Assembly: GCA_030324005.1 (NCBI GenBank)
Contig: JARDVH010000128.1
Location: 31,373,221-31,437,220 of the forward strand
DNA from: Negaprion brevirostris
Taxonomy: Eukaryota
Direction of reading: 5' to 3'
Length of the DNA: 64,000 bases
Under the pieces are notes generated by a model. The model worked only from the letters and a program-made list of their open reading frames with translations. It did no database searches and had not been told where the DNA came from. Position numbers and translations under genes: made by a program. Position 1 is the first letter of the stretch; every line of letters starts with the position of its first letter. This document shows positions 1 through 13,287 of this stretch, piece by piece.

Positions 1-140
1 GACAGGTACATGGATGAGAGGGGTGTGGAGGGATATGGTCCAGGTGCAGGTCAGTGGGACAAGGCAGAAAAATGGTTCCGCACAGCCAAGAAGGGCCAAA
101 GGGCCTGTTTCTGTGCTGTAGTGTTCTATGGTTCCATGGT
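1..140 (+). mobile_element. CR1 LINE 3' end
   Basis: ggtacatggatgag...gggccaaagggcctgtttctgtgctgtagtgttctatggttccatggt, the same 3' tail as the CR1 copies ending near 37710 and 58810. Confidence 0.75.
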
Positions 141-207
141 TAAATCATTTGCTACAGACTTTCCACAACTTATCTTAAGAGACACAATAATGAATCTTAA
201 ATCTTAC

Positions 208-246
208 CCAAATGATTCTGAAGGTTCAGATTGAGTATCAGGAAAG
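208..246 (-). CDS. ADCY9: ADCY9 39-nt microexon (about human exon 10; loop after a TM segment of the second membrane cassette)
   Basis: Minus strand reads tttttgttttctgtttacag|C TTT CCT GAT ACT CAA TCT GAA CCT TCA GAA TCA TTT GG|gtaaga. Phase 2/2 continues the frame of exon 2250-2102 with no stop ((T)FPDTQSEPSESF(G)). Position and size match the short penultimate exon I recall for ADCY9; peptide similarity itself is low. Confidence 0.75.
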
Positions 247-1184
247 CTGTAAACAGAAAACAAAAATAAGTCTACAAGCAGTTGTCTTGTCATCCATGTT
301 CAAGATCCACCATTTTTTTCCTTTGCGCTTCCCAAGACATCTAATTTCTTCAACTAAAATGCAGTTTATACAGGTTCATCATTCCTTTGTCCACAAGTAA
401 TAATTACCCTGTTAATGTCTCTGATTGTCCCAAACTGTCAGTCACATGTAACACTGCTAATAGGCAAGGAATATGGGTGCTGATGTTTAGCGAAGTGCTG
501 TTTTACTTGAGTTACACCCATCGCTGTAACACAAAATCTCCTTCATATGGTATTAGTAATTTTGATCTATCCCCTCCAAAATACATTTCCCAGCTAAACC
601 TATTTCCAGATATTTATAGTATCTTTTCTCTACCCTACCTCCTATGATTGACTTGCACTACTAAAAAGACAAGCACTTTAACTCCCTCTTTGAAAGCTCC
701 TCTTTTTTCTGTTATTTACATGATGTAAAATATATTCCTCTTGCTTTACACAATATAACTGCAGTTCATGCTCAAACAATCATTGTACGGTCTATTACCA
801 AGACATAAATGACTAGCAGCCATGTAAATGATCATTTGCCTTATCTGGGCCGCAGCATCAATGTTCAAAATCAAGATCTTAAACAGCTTGGTTTGGCCCA
901 GCTGCAAATGTCAGCTGGGAGTCAGTAGAGGCCCAGGTGCAATTTCCAACTGAAATTTCCAGCTCCAGATCAAAATGAAAGCCTACATGGTGAAAATTCC
1001 TTGAACAGTGGGTTTAGTGATTTTACCCCCACTAAAATTACACAATTTAACATGTTCTTTTTGGCTTGCCCAAGAAAGTTGAGAATTTTTTTAGCTCATA
1101 GAATTGAGAGATCTTTTGTTCTTTTTCTACTGGTTACTTACATATTATTGCAATNNNNNNNNNNACTTTGGATATTTGATTAAC

Positions 1185-1480
1185 TTACATAGAACATTAA
1201 AAAGTAGGGGTTGGCCCCTTAACCTTTGCTGTGCCACTCGATGGCAAATCTGATTGTGGTCTCAAATCCACTTTCCTGCCCGTCCCCCTTGGCTCCATTT
1301 AGTTGGTCAGAAATCTAACTCAGCCTTCAACATATATTACGACACACATTCCACTGCTCTCTGTAATAGGGGATTCCAAATATTAATGAACCTCAGAAGA
1401 AATCCTCCTGATTTCCACCTTAAATGGGAGATTCCTTATTCTGGAACTGTACCCTTGCACTCTAGATTCCTCCACAAGAA
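1185..1480 (-). mobile_element. Degraded CR1 LINE 3' region
   Basis: Reverse-complement of a CR1 3' UTR and ORF2 end (catagaacatt...ggattccaaatatt..aaccctc..agaagaaatc). Confidence 0.55.
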
Positions 1481-2101
1481 TGCTCATTATTTGCCCTCAG
1501 TAATTTCTGTCTTGGTAAAGGGTCAATACTCAAAGGCAGCTCTTTTGAGTGAGAGAAGACAGAGAATAATGGTACACTTAAAAAATAGAAGTTCCTCATG
1601 GAAATTCAAATGATTACAACCCGATTTCAAACTAGAACATTGCTGCTGGAATCCAAGACTATCCATCCTAAGAGATTATTTGTCTTGATTATGAAGGAAA
1701 TGTTTGCAGCACAAAGAAATGGTTGTCACAGATCTCAGTCATGTCTCCCCCTGCCCCCCACATTGACCAGCAGTCCCTTACGAAGACCTCCTTACTACCT
1801 CCGTCCCCCATTGTTAGAGGTCTTCTCACCCTAGGTTAACAGCTGAACTGATCCCACATCTCTGAAACCAGCCAGTGGGACACGGTCCTCTGCAATGCAT
1901 TCCCTTCTGGTAGTGCAGAATTGATGTAAACCCAAACCTGAAATCTCACAGCTGACTCGCTGGTGCTTCAAACTCATTGTATCAAACTCTTTTTTATATA
2001 AAGTCCTCACCAAAGAGAGGTCATAATACCAGAGGTGAATGTAATATCTGCAAAGGAATCCAACCCCATATCAAATGAAGTGAAAGGGATTTGATACTCA
2101 C

Positions 2102-2250
2102 GTGGAAGGACACAGCGTCACATACAGCAGGATGAGAAGCAACACGCCTACTATAGTGGCCAAGGAGAATCTCATCCAGGAGCTCAACTGGCAGAAGTTA
2201 CAGTAGTGAATGAAAGTGATGATCATTGCACAACAGAAGAACATGGTAAC
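2102..2250 (-). CDS. ADCY9: ADCY9 coding exon (149 nt, TM region)
   Basis: tttctgcag|VTMFFCCAMIITFIHYCNFCQLSSWMRFSLATIVGVLLLILLYVTLCPS|gtgagt. Matches recalled human ADCY9 HYCNFCQLSSWMRSSLATVVG...LLYVSLCP. Phase 0/2. Not in the ORF track. Confidence 0.95.
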
Positions 2251-2682
2251 CTGCAGAAAGAGCCACAAGTAAAAAGGTGCATTTCGGTTAATTCAGCACT
2301 GACCAAGGTGCTTTTGGTAGGCAAAGATGTCTGGCATATTACCATATTGTTTTGTTTGAAACAATATAGTAAGATGTCTTTATTTGAAAGGCCATATTAC
2401 AACCAGAATATAACAGTGATAGGATAATAGAATAATGCACAGCAGAGAAGGAAGCCATTTGTTCTCTGAAAAAGCTACCAATTAATCCCACCATCCCCAT
2501 CACCTTGCAAATACTTCCCTCTAGGAACTTACTATTGAATCTTCAACCATCCTTTCAGAGTGTGCATTCCATTTAAATAACCCAAAGCAACAATTAATTC
2601 AATAGAATTAAGGAAAATTTAATCAAAATCGATTCACCACTTGTTTTGTGGATCTTCCCCATTATGATCCAAGGATACTCAC

Positions 2683-2842
2683 ATTGATATTTGTTTTAAA
2701 TTCACATGTGAACTGGGAGAACACAGCAACAGCAGGGAGAGAGATGAGAATGGCTCCGAAAAAATGACGAGGCAGCCAACCTGAGATTGCCCTCATTAGT
2801 CTTTTGGTACATGGCATCACCTCATCCAAATAAAACGCCATT
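2683..2842 (-). CDS. ADCY9: ADCY9 coding exon (160 nt, TM region)
   Basis: cattgtag|(R)MAFYLDEVMPCTKRLMRAISGWLPRHFFGAILISLPAVAVFSQFTCEFKTNIN|gtgagt versus recalled human RMVFFLEDVMACTKRLLEWIAGWLPRHCIGAILVSLPALAVYSH. Phase 2/0. Confidence 0.95.
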
Positions 2843-4399
2843 CTACAATGGAACAGTGAGCTGGGGTTAGAATATATGGGTAATACATTAAAGCAGTAAT
2901 TCCAAATGATGTTCATATACTTCTTGCAAATACCCACAGCCTTTACATCTAAACTGAGGATACAGAACTGCAACGTAAAAAATAATCTTGATTCTGTTGA
3001 CTAAAGACGACCAAGTATGAACTGTGCATTTGTATTGGACTCCGAATGCCAGTGCCTGCACTTTGTTATTCTGTATTCTAGCACAAACAAAGTTCAAAAA
3101 ATACAGTGTGTTACTCTGGCTCTCTCTGCAAATGCTGCCTGATCTGTTGTGCTTTTAGCAGTTGATTGCACGTTGCTGCATGTGTGCAATACTAGTTATT
3201 TCCAGGAGATGGAGCTGTAAACAGTTTTCTCAAAGAAGCTGAGCTGACCGTGAAACTAAAATAACCAGAACTGGGCAGTTATTTGGAAAGAAAGCACGGC
3301 TCAATCATCTGCATTGAAATGGAGCTTCTGCTTTGTAATTCAATGTTATTGCACAGGCTATTCAGACAGAACTGGGACAGCCTGTAAAATTTAAGAAAAT
3401 TGCATAAATTTGTGCTGTATAGCACAAATTCCAGATCTTTAACACCCGAGCTACAAATTACGTTTCATGTCACCACCTTAAGTCAAGATTTTTGGGAGGA
3501 TTGAGGAGGGGGGGGGGAAGGGGTGTCAGCTGAAGAGGCCTGAATGCATTTTGCAGGGGCTGGCTGGAGTATTATTTCTTATGGGGAGATGGCAAGCTAC
3601 ATTGCTGGTGGCAGCATGGGACCTGGAGAATAAAATTGAGAATGACTGTGACAACTTTAAAAGTTTTTAACATATTACAATCCATTACTACCTTCTATTC
3701 TCTACAATCAGAGAGCTAGGTGACGAAGCCGCAAATATCCAAAGCACCCACATAAAGTGCAACATCTTTCAATTATTAAACAAGTCCAACATCTGAAAAC
3801 TTGCTGAGAGCTTGTCTCTTTCTTGTGCATGCATTAAGAGTGCTTGAGACTACTGGTCGGGTAACAGTGAGGACACAGAAGTTTTCTCACCCGTGCAAAG
3901 TGCACCAGTATCCTCTCAAAGCAAATTTGTGGGGAAAGCACGTTCAAATATGACAATGGGAAAAGTGCTAGAATGTGGCAGGGAGGAAAAGAGATGCTGT
4001 TGAAATTTTTTGTATTTTTAATAAAAAAGGCTCCATCATTAAAACATAACAAAATATAGTCACCAAAAGAACCACCCAAGTATGGATTGGGTACTTTCTT
4101 GCGGGTAACATTTCTGATTTAGATTATTTCTTCACGGACTTCCTAACCTTAATCAAACAGGTCCACTATAATACCTGCTGGAGGATTTCAAAATCCAGGT
4201 TGGTACTCCAATCCATACTGAGATACCACTGCACTAACATGGTCTGAGGCCAACCGTATCACTCTACTCCTTTTGCTGAGATCAGATATTTCAGTGCTGA
4301 AACAGCAGGTTAGCTAAGGCAAGTCACCCCCCACCCCTTGCCCCAAACCACTCAACCTGATTGAATTTTACATCGAGGAAAAAACTAATATTTTTAAAC

Positions 4400-6345
4400 A
4401 CTGACATTTCAGAACACAGAACAGCTATATTCCAACGAGGGAAATAAGTCCAAGGGGAGGTCCCATCATGTGGTTAACAAAAACATTAAAAAAAACATAA
4501 TTGAACAAAGATGGGTGACAGGTCAGAAGATTGGGGTGAATATAAAAAAAAGCAAAAAATGACAATAAGAGTAATAAGAAGGAAAAAATTAGAGTACAAG
4601 AAAAGAGCTAGCTAGAAATATAAACAGATAAAGTTTCTACAGATATTTTAAAAAGAGAGTTAACAAAGTGAGCACTGATCCTACAGAAAGTGAGTCTTGG
4701 GATTAATAATGGAAAATAAGGATGTCAGATGAATTCAACCTTAATTTGTGTCAGTCTCACAGAGGATACGAGTAACATCCCAAGTATAGCTACAAGTCAG
4801 GAATTGGAAGGGAGGAGCTCAAGAAAATTACAAATCACTGGTAAAGTAGCAAATTGTTGGAACAGTGGATTCGCAAGCTCCCAGGTCCTGATAGATTTGA
4901 TCCTAGTGTCTTAAAACAATGGCCGAGATGGTTGATGCATTGGTTTAAGTTTTCCAAAATTCCCTTGATTCAGGGAAGATTCCGTTAGATTGGAAAATGA
5001 TGAACGTAATTCCTTTATTTGAACAGGTAAGAAAGAAAGAAAACAAGAAACTATAGGCCAGTTAGCTTAACATCTATCAAAGGGCAAATGTTGGAAGCTA
5101 TTAGTAAAGACATTAGAACATGGCTCTGAGGTAAATGCCAGGCCAACAAGGAGAGTAAACACAGTTTCGAGAGAAGGAAATTATGTTTAACCAATTTATT
5201 GAACTTCTTTGAAGTAACACGTGCTGTGGACAAAGGTTAGTGCATGTCCTGTACTTGGATTTTCAGAAGGCATTTGATAAGGTGGCACATCAGAAGATTA
5301 TTGCGGAAAATAAAAGCTCATGATGTGGGAGAACATTGACATGGATAGAAGATTGGCTAAATAATGGTAGTGTGAGCACTAATGGATTATTTTCTAGTCG
5401 GCAAGACATAATGAGCGGTGTGCCACAGTGATTAGTGCTACAGCCTCAACGTTTTACAATTTATATAAATGACTTGGGTGAAGGGACCAAAAGTATGATT
5501 GCTAAATTTGCTGATGATGCAGATGGGTAGGAAATTGTGAGGAGGACAGGCTACTAAAGTATATAGATAGGTTAGGTGAGTGGATAAAGGTCTGGCAAAT
5601 GGAATTTAATGTGGGAAAATGTGAGAGTGTTCATTTTGGCAGGAAGAATAAAAAAGCACATTATCTAAATGGTGAATGATTGCAAAGCTCTGAGGTGGAA
5701 AGGGACCTGGATATCCTAGCACATGAATTGCAAATGGCTAGTATGCAAGTACAGCAAGTAATTAGGAAAGCTAACAGAATGTTATTGTTTATTATGAGGG
5801 GAACTGAACACAAAATTAGGGAGGTCATACTTCAGTTATATTTCAGTTACACAGACTACATCTGGAATACTGTACACAGTATTGGTCTCCTTATTTGAGG
5901 AAGGATGTAAATGCATTGGAAGCATCTGAAAGAGGATTTACTAGGCTAATTACCTTATGAAGAAAGCTAGACAGGCAAGACTTGTTTAGAAGATTAAGGG
6001 GTGACTAGATTGAAACACAAGATCCTGAGGAGACTTGATAGAGTGGATGTGGAAAGGATGTTTCCTCTTGTGGCAGAATCTAAAACTGGGGGTCATTGTT
6101 TAAGGCAGAAACGAGGAAGTTTCTCCATGGGTCATGTGTCTTTGGTATTCTTTCTCAAAAGGTTGTGGAGACAGAATCTTTGAATTTTTTTAAGGCAGAG
6201 GTAGATAGATTCTTGATAAGAAAAGTCATCAGGGTAGGCTGGGATGTGAAGTTGAGGTTAAACTATAATCAGCCAAGATCTTATTTAATGGCAGAGCAAG
6301 CAAAAGGTCAACTAGCCAACTACTGCTCCAAAACTGTACTTATGC
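4400..6345 (+). mobile_element. CR1 LINE ORF2 (reverse transcriptase) remnant, about 1.9 kb
   Basis: Frame-shifted motifs NYRPVSLTS, YLDFQKAFDKV, KFADD, WQMEFNVGKC, VERDL, VERMFPLV, followed by a CR1 3' UTR. Confidence 0.9.
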
Positions 6346-6800
6346 AACTTGTAATAACCAAAGCAACTGCCCAAACTTGTACTCTGCATCATTAACTCAC
6401 AATAATCACATGGCAATTCAAACATCTGATTAGATGCTGCAGTTAAATAAAACAATCTAACCCAAAGCCCAAATCCTAATTACACATCTTGCATTTTAAA
6501 AACATGAAGATTCAACACCGTTAAGCTGTTATACAAAATTCAATGCTGCATTAACAACATGGTAACACAAGCCTCCCTGATTTGTGTTTTTTTTCCAATT
6601 ATCTTTTTTATAAAACAAAGCTTCGCTCACACTTAAAGCTAAGCAACCTGTGGGAAGCACCCGATGAAGAACTACAGACTGGATGCACTGAGACATTTAC
6701 ACAGTGGTTTATGGAGGGTGTTGAAATTCTGCCAACCCTTTCCCATGGAGCATGGACCCCCAATGCACACAGCCATCTACACACAGCATGCTTGCCTCAC

Positions 6801-7006
6801 CTGATGGAGATAACCAAGGAAAGCACTTGAAGCAGGATCGCAAGGACAAAAACCACAACAGAGGCATGCGAAGGTGATGTACACAGTCCCTGCTTCATGA
6901 AACATGTGATGGAGAGAAAGAGGAAGACTATGGTGGAGAGAAAGACATCAAGGAGTGAACTGAATGTGGCACTCGCAAACGTCTTCTCTGATGCATTGTT
7001 CACAAC
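6801..7006 (-). CDS. ADCY9: ADCY9 coding exon (206 nt, start of second TM cassette)
   Basis: tttttccccaatag|VVNNASEKTFASATFSSLLDVFLSTIVFLFLSITCF...LQVLSLVISI(R)|gtgagg versus recalled human KTFASPTFSSLLDVFLSTTVFLTLSTTCF. Phase 0/2. Confidence 0.95.
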
Positions 7007-7639
7007 CTATTGGGGAAAAAAACAAAAATAAAAAACACTGTCTGTGTTCAACAAGATCAAGTACCAGGGCATCACAAACATATAAAGCAGAACAGATGGG
7101 AACGGCATGATCTTTACAGATGCAAATCCACGTATAAAATGTTTGATGTAGAGAAATTGGTTCAAGCAAGCAACAGTATTACCAGTCTGTTACATTCAAC
7201 TTCAATGAAATATTGTCCTACAAATACCAATTCCATTGTATTTCAGATGTCTGGCTCCCATTTTTGTTATATCCATGTCTTGTCCTATTCTCTCCCTTCA
7301 TAGGGTTTTGATCGTTTCTCTTCATTCCTGCTCATTTCTATATGATTTACAAACATTTCTGTTAAAACTGAGCTGCTGCATCCTTACTGGAAAACTGGAG
7401 TGACAAGTTTTATATTTCTGCACAGAGAGTGGAGATCATAATACAAAGGCTGACTAAAATGTACAAATGTCAAAAGAAAACTATTAGAGTCCAGGTAACT
7501 GGAATGAGCAACAGGTACTAAGATACAAAATGTTGAAATCATTAAAAACAGAGCTAGATGCAGTTGTAAGGAAGATTTGTGTGGCATTTGTTGAAAGCAC
7601 AGACATTTGACACCATTCAAGACAAAGCAACCTCATTCA

Positions 7640-8210
7640 CGACTTTAATATTCATTCCTTCCACCACCAGTGCTCAGTGACAACAGTGTGTAGACGTACA
7701 AAACACACTGCAGTAACTTGCCACAGTTCCTTTGACAGCACCCTCCAAATCCCAAACCTTTTCAGTGCTGTTAAAGAGGGAGTTCTGGGATTTTGACCCA
7801 GCAACAGTGAAAGAACGGCAATATATTTCCCAACCAGGATAGTTGAGGACCTCTAGGTGTTCCAGGTAATCTGCTGCCATGGTCCTTCAAAATGATAGTT
7901 GTTGTCGGTTTGGAGTGTGCTGTCTAAAGAACCTTGGTGAGTTCCTCTATAACAGAGAAACAAGGTCAGCAGACAGGTGGGAACATCAATCTTTTAAGTC
8001 CCCTTCCAAGTCACAAACCATCCGGACTTGGAATTGTCGTTCCTATCCTTGAACTCACTCCCTAGCAGCATTATGGATGTACTTATATCACATGGACAGC
8101 AAGGGCTCAAGAAGTTAGTGTCCTTAAAAAGGTAGTAGTAACTAAGAAACAGACAATAAATGCTGGCCTTACCAGCAACGGTCACATTCCAAGAACAAAT
8201 ATAAAAGCAA
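7640..8210. mobile_element. Rearranged fragments of an old shark LINE 3' region (CR1/L2 group)
   Basis: attcattccttccaccaccagtgc...(+), an inverted piece at about 7770-7950, and a tail caataaatgctggccttaccagcaacgg...(+). Same family as 13900-14620. Confidence 0.55.
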
Positions 8211-8279
8211 ACACTCAAGGAAAACTGTTTTGGGTCACTAATAAATGAGTCTCATTTCCCACAGCACACTTCATGCGGT

Positions 8280-8578
8280 AAGAATCATAGAATCCTACAG
8301 TGCCAAAGAGGCCATTCAGCCCATCAAGTCTGCACCGACACAATCCCATCCAGGCCCTATCTCCACAGCCCCATGCATTTCCCCTAGCTAGTCCCACTGA
8401 CACTAAGGAGCAATTTAGCATGGCAATCCACCTAACACGCACATCTTTGAATTATGGGAGGAAACCCACGCATACATGGGGAGAATGTGCAAACTCCACA
8501 CATTCAGTGACCCAAGCCGGGAATTGAACCCAGGTCCTTGGTACTGTGAAGCAGCAGTACTAACCACTGTGCCACCCC
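8280..8578 (-). mobile_element. tRNA-derived SINE (HE1-type, CR1-like tail)
   Basis: Reverse complement ggtggcacagtggttagtactgctgcttcacag...gggttcaattcc (A/B boxes), V-domain-like body, tail gattctatgattct. Confidence 0.9.
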
Positions 8579-9207
8579 GTAAGCATTTGTTTTGTGAAGG
8601 GCAATTCTGAATTTCATCTGAAGTGTCCAGGTGATGACACATGATGACAGTTCTACAAACAGAAGGGTCAGGAGAGATTCTGTCACAGTAATCTGTGAAC
8701 ACTCTTTGTTAATGTAGAATATTGGTTGTCAATGTCTGCCTGGCCAAAAGCAACTAAATGGTCAAGTGTAATTTAATTACTTTGGTTGCTATGTGGGGAG
8801 TTGATAAGAGTACAGAAAGTTAAAGATCATAGGAGCAGAGACAGATCAACTGGATACAAATAACTTGAGAAACTATTAGAAAATAAAAACCCATTAAATG
8901 AACACATTAAATGCATCTCAATATGCAGCGTTATGTAAATGTTTGCACATTTTGTGCACAGCAAGATCGCATAAACATCAAAAGTGATAAATGACCATGT
9001 AACACGTGGTACCGGTTAAAGGATAAACGTTGTCCAGGATATTAGATGGTTCAGGGTGTGTAACTTCAGGTGATCGAATCAAGACAGAAATCAGGAGATT
9101 TAAAGACCAGTCATGTAGCATCAGTAGTAAGTCAATAAGAATTGATTATAAATGTCATTATGCCCAATTCCGAGAGATCCTTATCTTATAGATTTTAAAA
9201 CAAAAGG

Positions 9208-9510
9208 TGGGCAGCATGGTGGAACAGTGCTGCTGACACAGCTGCCTCACAGCACCTGGGTTTGATTCCTGATTTGGGTCACTGTCAGTGTGGAGTCTGC
9301 ACGTTCGCCCCGTGTCTACGAGGGTTTCTTCTGGGTGCTCCGGTTTCCCCTCTCAGTCTGAAAGACATGTTGGTTAGGTGAATTGGCCATACTAAATTCT
9401 CCCTCAGTGTACCCAAACAGGCACCGGAGTGTGGTGACTAGGGACGTGGGGATTTTCACAATAACTTCATTGCAGTGCTAATGTAAGCCTGCTTATGGCA
9501 CTAATGAAGT
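9208..9510 (+). mobile_element. tRNA-derived SINE, variant with ggattttcaca..aacttcattgcagtg tail
   Basis: Head similar to the other copies; distinct 3' tail shared with 15940-16218. Confidence 0.8.
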
Positions 9511-10675
9511 TTAAAATATTGCACCCATTGGAATTTTGAAGTAGAAATGAAGTAGAAATGGAGAATCTTGGTTACACTCATTTAGCAAATAGTTTAGTAA
9601 GTGAGATAAATGAGGAGAAACATGCATTTGTGCAGTTGCAGGTTGATCAAATCTCACACAAGTCCATGACTGACAGTAATGTCTCCAAACTCATGACTAT
9701 GCACACAACCTTTTCTCTTACAGTACAGTAATAAAAACAACCGGTTGTACTTTAAAACTACAGAAACGTTTTCAAATCTAAAGCACAAGTTGTTTATATA
9801 AGCAACTATATTTCAAAGTAGCTCATTGTAATGAAGCATATGCAGATGTTTGAGAAATGTGGTCAAGTGCTACACAAACACAAGCCAACTACTTTTTTGT
9901 GCAGTTATCAGTCAGTAGGGGGCAGCATGCTCATTCTCCCACAATACACAACAGTGACAGAAGCAGCAGCACAAGTTGTGCAAGTCAAAAATGCAATAGT
10001 AAGTATACTGGAATGCCAGAGAATCAGATAAAAGATAATACACTGAGCATCAAGTTCACAAAATCAGAACACTGTTACTAAGCTATCACCAAGGCTATTG
10101 GATTTCAGAAACTAATAGCTTAGTCAGTTACCATTTATGTTCTCAGTGTTGCTGTTTACGAGACTTATAGCACTGATGCATCAGAAACTGCTCTGTCCCA
10201 TCATCATTAATTTATTTCCTTGCATGAACTGAAAATTCTACTGGAATACGCAAATAGGTCACTTATTTTAGATTTTAACTGGACAGTGAGATAGCAGCAT
10301 GGAAGATAAACTATGCTATTACGAATTGACATGATTGACTGCACAGTGGACAGCAAATTAGACCTAGGTTATGCAGTTTGAAAAGCTTGAGTGCAGAAGT
10401 GCATCCATTCCTTGATTTTGATCAGTTTGAAGGGGGCAAAAAAAGGCAGTGTGTTTTCCCATAAGGGACAGCATGAATAACAAGTTTGGCCAAGTTGCTC
10501 ACCTACAATTAGTTTAAGTTCAGCAGTGTGAACAGCTCGCCTGACTTCTTGACATGCATGAAACAGAGACTCAAGAGTAATGAGAATTTCTTGAAAGGAA
10601 TAAGCAAACAGCCATGCTGCAAAGCTGTGCTTTACTTACTGGCCTGTAAGGAGAGACTGCACAGGAACATGTGCT

Positions 10676-10775
10676 GTCCTGATGAAAGGTCACAGACCTG
10701 AAACATGAACTCTACTTTTATCTCCACAGATGTTACCGGGCCTTCTAAGTATTTCCAGCATTTTCTGTTTTTACT
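10676..10775 (+). mobile_element. Penelope-like terminal repeat fragment with hammerhead-like core
   Basis: CTGATGA aaggtcacagacct GAAAC followed by ctccacagatgtt...tttccagcattttctgtttt. Confidence 0.65.
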
Positions 10776-13184
10776 CCAACAATGCTTGTGTTTGGAGTCA
10801 AGCACTGTTGGAGCAAACTAAGGTGGATCAGAAAGCATTGGGACAAACGTGCACTGGGTAAAACAGGCTGGATTTGTGCTGTAAACTTTAATTCAATGCA
10901 CTATCTTCCAACAAAGCCAGCACAAAGTGCCAAATGAAAATTCTACATCGTAAGTGCTCAGCAGAATTGAGGGGTTAAACACTAGCCATCAGAAATTTAC
11001 CATTTCAACAGTTAAGCGTTCAGCCCCTTCCAAGTTAAATCCAGTCTGGAGACACATAACGAGAATGTCTGCGTAGCCATGGGCTGGGAGAGACTGTTCT
11101 CTTTGTAGCTTTGTGTTTTTGCAGTTTTAGTTTATCTGAATGAAGTCAATAGCCCTAGTCTCAGTTTATTTGATTAATCGATGATTCAATGCCAATAGTT
11201 TCAGCTGCCTGACAGGAATGCAAACAGAGCCAGAATCTCTTAAGATTCTAGATTCACTAATAGGAAACAGCAGCCTTATAGGCAGGATGACAGAGATCAG
11301 CACCTTTGCCGGACCAAATTAACAAGGATGAACTGTTGGAAGTTGTAGCTTATCCATTTTTGTGATTAAACAGAATTTTCAGCCTCAAACATTCATTTAA
11401 CACAAATTGCACAATTACCAGAGTTAAGAGTTTGAAAATTAATGGAAACTATCAAAATGGATTTTAAGAACTGGGCTATATAAGAAAATGTTTTTGCTAT
11501 ACAAGTAACCATATTGTACTCGGGGGAAAGAACAAAAAATGTAACTGGCTTCTAGATTTCCATGCAAGCTCAGTCAACAGAGCAACACCTAATGATGACA
11601 TGTTCTTGTATTTAAAAGCTGCTGCCAGTCTTTGGAAATTCCCATGTCTGATGGGATTTGCATCACAATGGTTGACATTTACAGTCACAGGAGAAAACTT
11701 TTAAGACACCAGGTGAGTGAAGCTCAATACTGAACCACATGGGATGCTGGAAATATCCAAGAACCTGAATGCTTGAAATCATGAGTAGACAGGGTACGAA
11801 AATAGTTCTTTTAATCTGTGATGGGCATCCTAGGTTAGTGAATGAGCCGCAGGAGTGCCTTTCTTCATTTCAGTGGGCTGTAACATTGAAATCATGCTTG
11901 TTCACCAATCATGAGCCCATGAATAAGATTAAGTACATTAAACACATGACAAATATTTCATAATGAGTTATAGAAAATGCTTAATCATTTATATAATAAA
12001 ACTATCAACTTTAAATGTCAAAAACAAAGGAAATATTTACACTCTCAGTAAATGTGTGCAAATCAGCATGCAACTCACTTCACTTGCTTTACACATTTAT
12101 CACTTCAATCACACTGGTAGGAGAAAACGCCAATGGAAATCAGTGGAATATGACAACCATGCACAAGGACAACAGTCAACAAAATGTTGCGTGGGCAGCA
12201 CTTAGAACCCAGCTGGGCCGGCCAAATGTACCCCCCCCCCTCTTTAGAACTTTTAATTGACCCCAAACGCTGGTGACCAATTCATCACCTTTAGGTAGCA
12301 TTTCCCTGCAATGCAGTAATGTCACACCATCATTGCCACTCAAATCAGCATCTGCAGAACTATCCATATAAACAGAGCCAGCCAAATCTCAAATTTGGCT
12401 AAGTCTGGATTCAGTTTTTACAATAAACCAATAGGATACTCTGAGNNNNNNNNNNNNNNNNNNNNNNNNNNNNNNNNNNNNNNNNNNNNNNNNNNNNNNN
12501 NNNNNNNNNNNNNNNNNNNNNNNNNNNNNNNNNNNNNNNNNNNNNNNNNNNNNNNNNNNNNNNNNNNNNNNNNNNNNNNNNNNNNNNNNNNNNNNNNNNN
12601 NNNNNNNNNNNNNNNNNNNNNNNNNNNNNNNNNNNNNNNNNNNNNNNNNNNNNNNNNNNNNNNNNNNNNNNNNNNNNNNNNNNNNNNNNNNNNNNNNNNN
12701 NNNNNNNNNNNNNNNNNNNNNNNNNNNNNNNNNNNNNNNNNNNNNNNNNNNNNNNNNNNNNNNNNNNNNNNNNNNNNNNNNNNNNNNNNNNNNNNNNNNN
12801 NNNNNNNNNNNNNNNNNNNNNNNNNNNNNNNNNNNNNNNNNNNNNNNNNNNNNNNNNNNNNNNNNNNNNNNNNNNNNNNNNNNNNNNNNNNNNNNAGGCC
12901 ACTTGGTGGCAGCAGAGTAGGGTACAGGTCAGTGGACTGAAAAAATAGTAGGCAAGCTAAGCTTCACAACATACCCTGACAGGCCGGAAGAGGTGCGATG
13001 ATGGAATTAATAAATGTATACTGATGTTTTGCACAAAACATTGTTATTACTCCAGAGTGAATTGACAATAAAAACCACTTTATTGAGAGATTATCTTTGT
13101 GTTTAGAAAAGACTGCCTTGCACAAGGCACACTGTAGTTAATCCAAATAAGTAACTAGATCAACAAATGCAGCTATACCCATAC

Positions 13185-13287
13185 CTCATCTTGATAGCTG
13201 CCTCTATAAGCTTTTTCCAAGCTTGAATCCAGGAAATTCAAGCTGANNNNNNNNNNAGGGGGTTTGAAAAAGTATTCATCCATTAGT
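13185..13287 (-). CDS. ADCY9: ADCY9 coding exon (103 nt, includes a 10-N gap)
   Basis: ttttctatttacag|(R)LMDEYFFKPP[10 N]FSLNFLDSSLEKAYRGSYQDE|gtatgg versus recalled human LMKDYFFKPPINQFSLNFLDQELERSYRTSYQEE. Phase 2/0; frame is preserved across the gap. Confidence 0.93.

Noticed and set aside
1831-2013. Minus ORF of 60 aa next to an ADCY9 exon
   Set aside because: No recognisable homology or compatible splice sites; the 39-nt microexon fits this position better.
12176-12385. Minus ORF MAGSVYMDSS... beside a large gap
   Set aside because: No recognisable domain, and the flanking ADCY9 exons already join in phase.
12395-12940. Long ORF-track entries spanning N runs (also 16425-17045, 27972-28477, 35540-35959)
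   Set aside because: Artefacts of translating assembly gaps.
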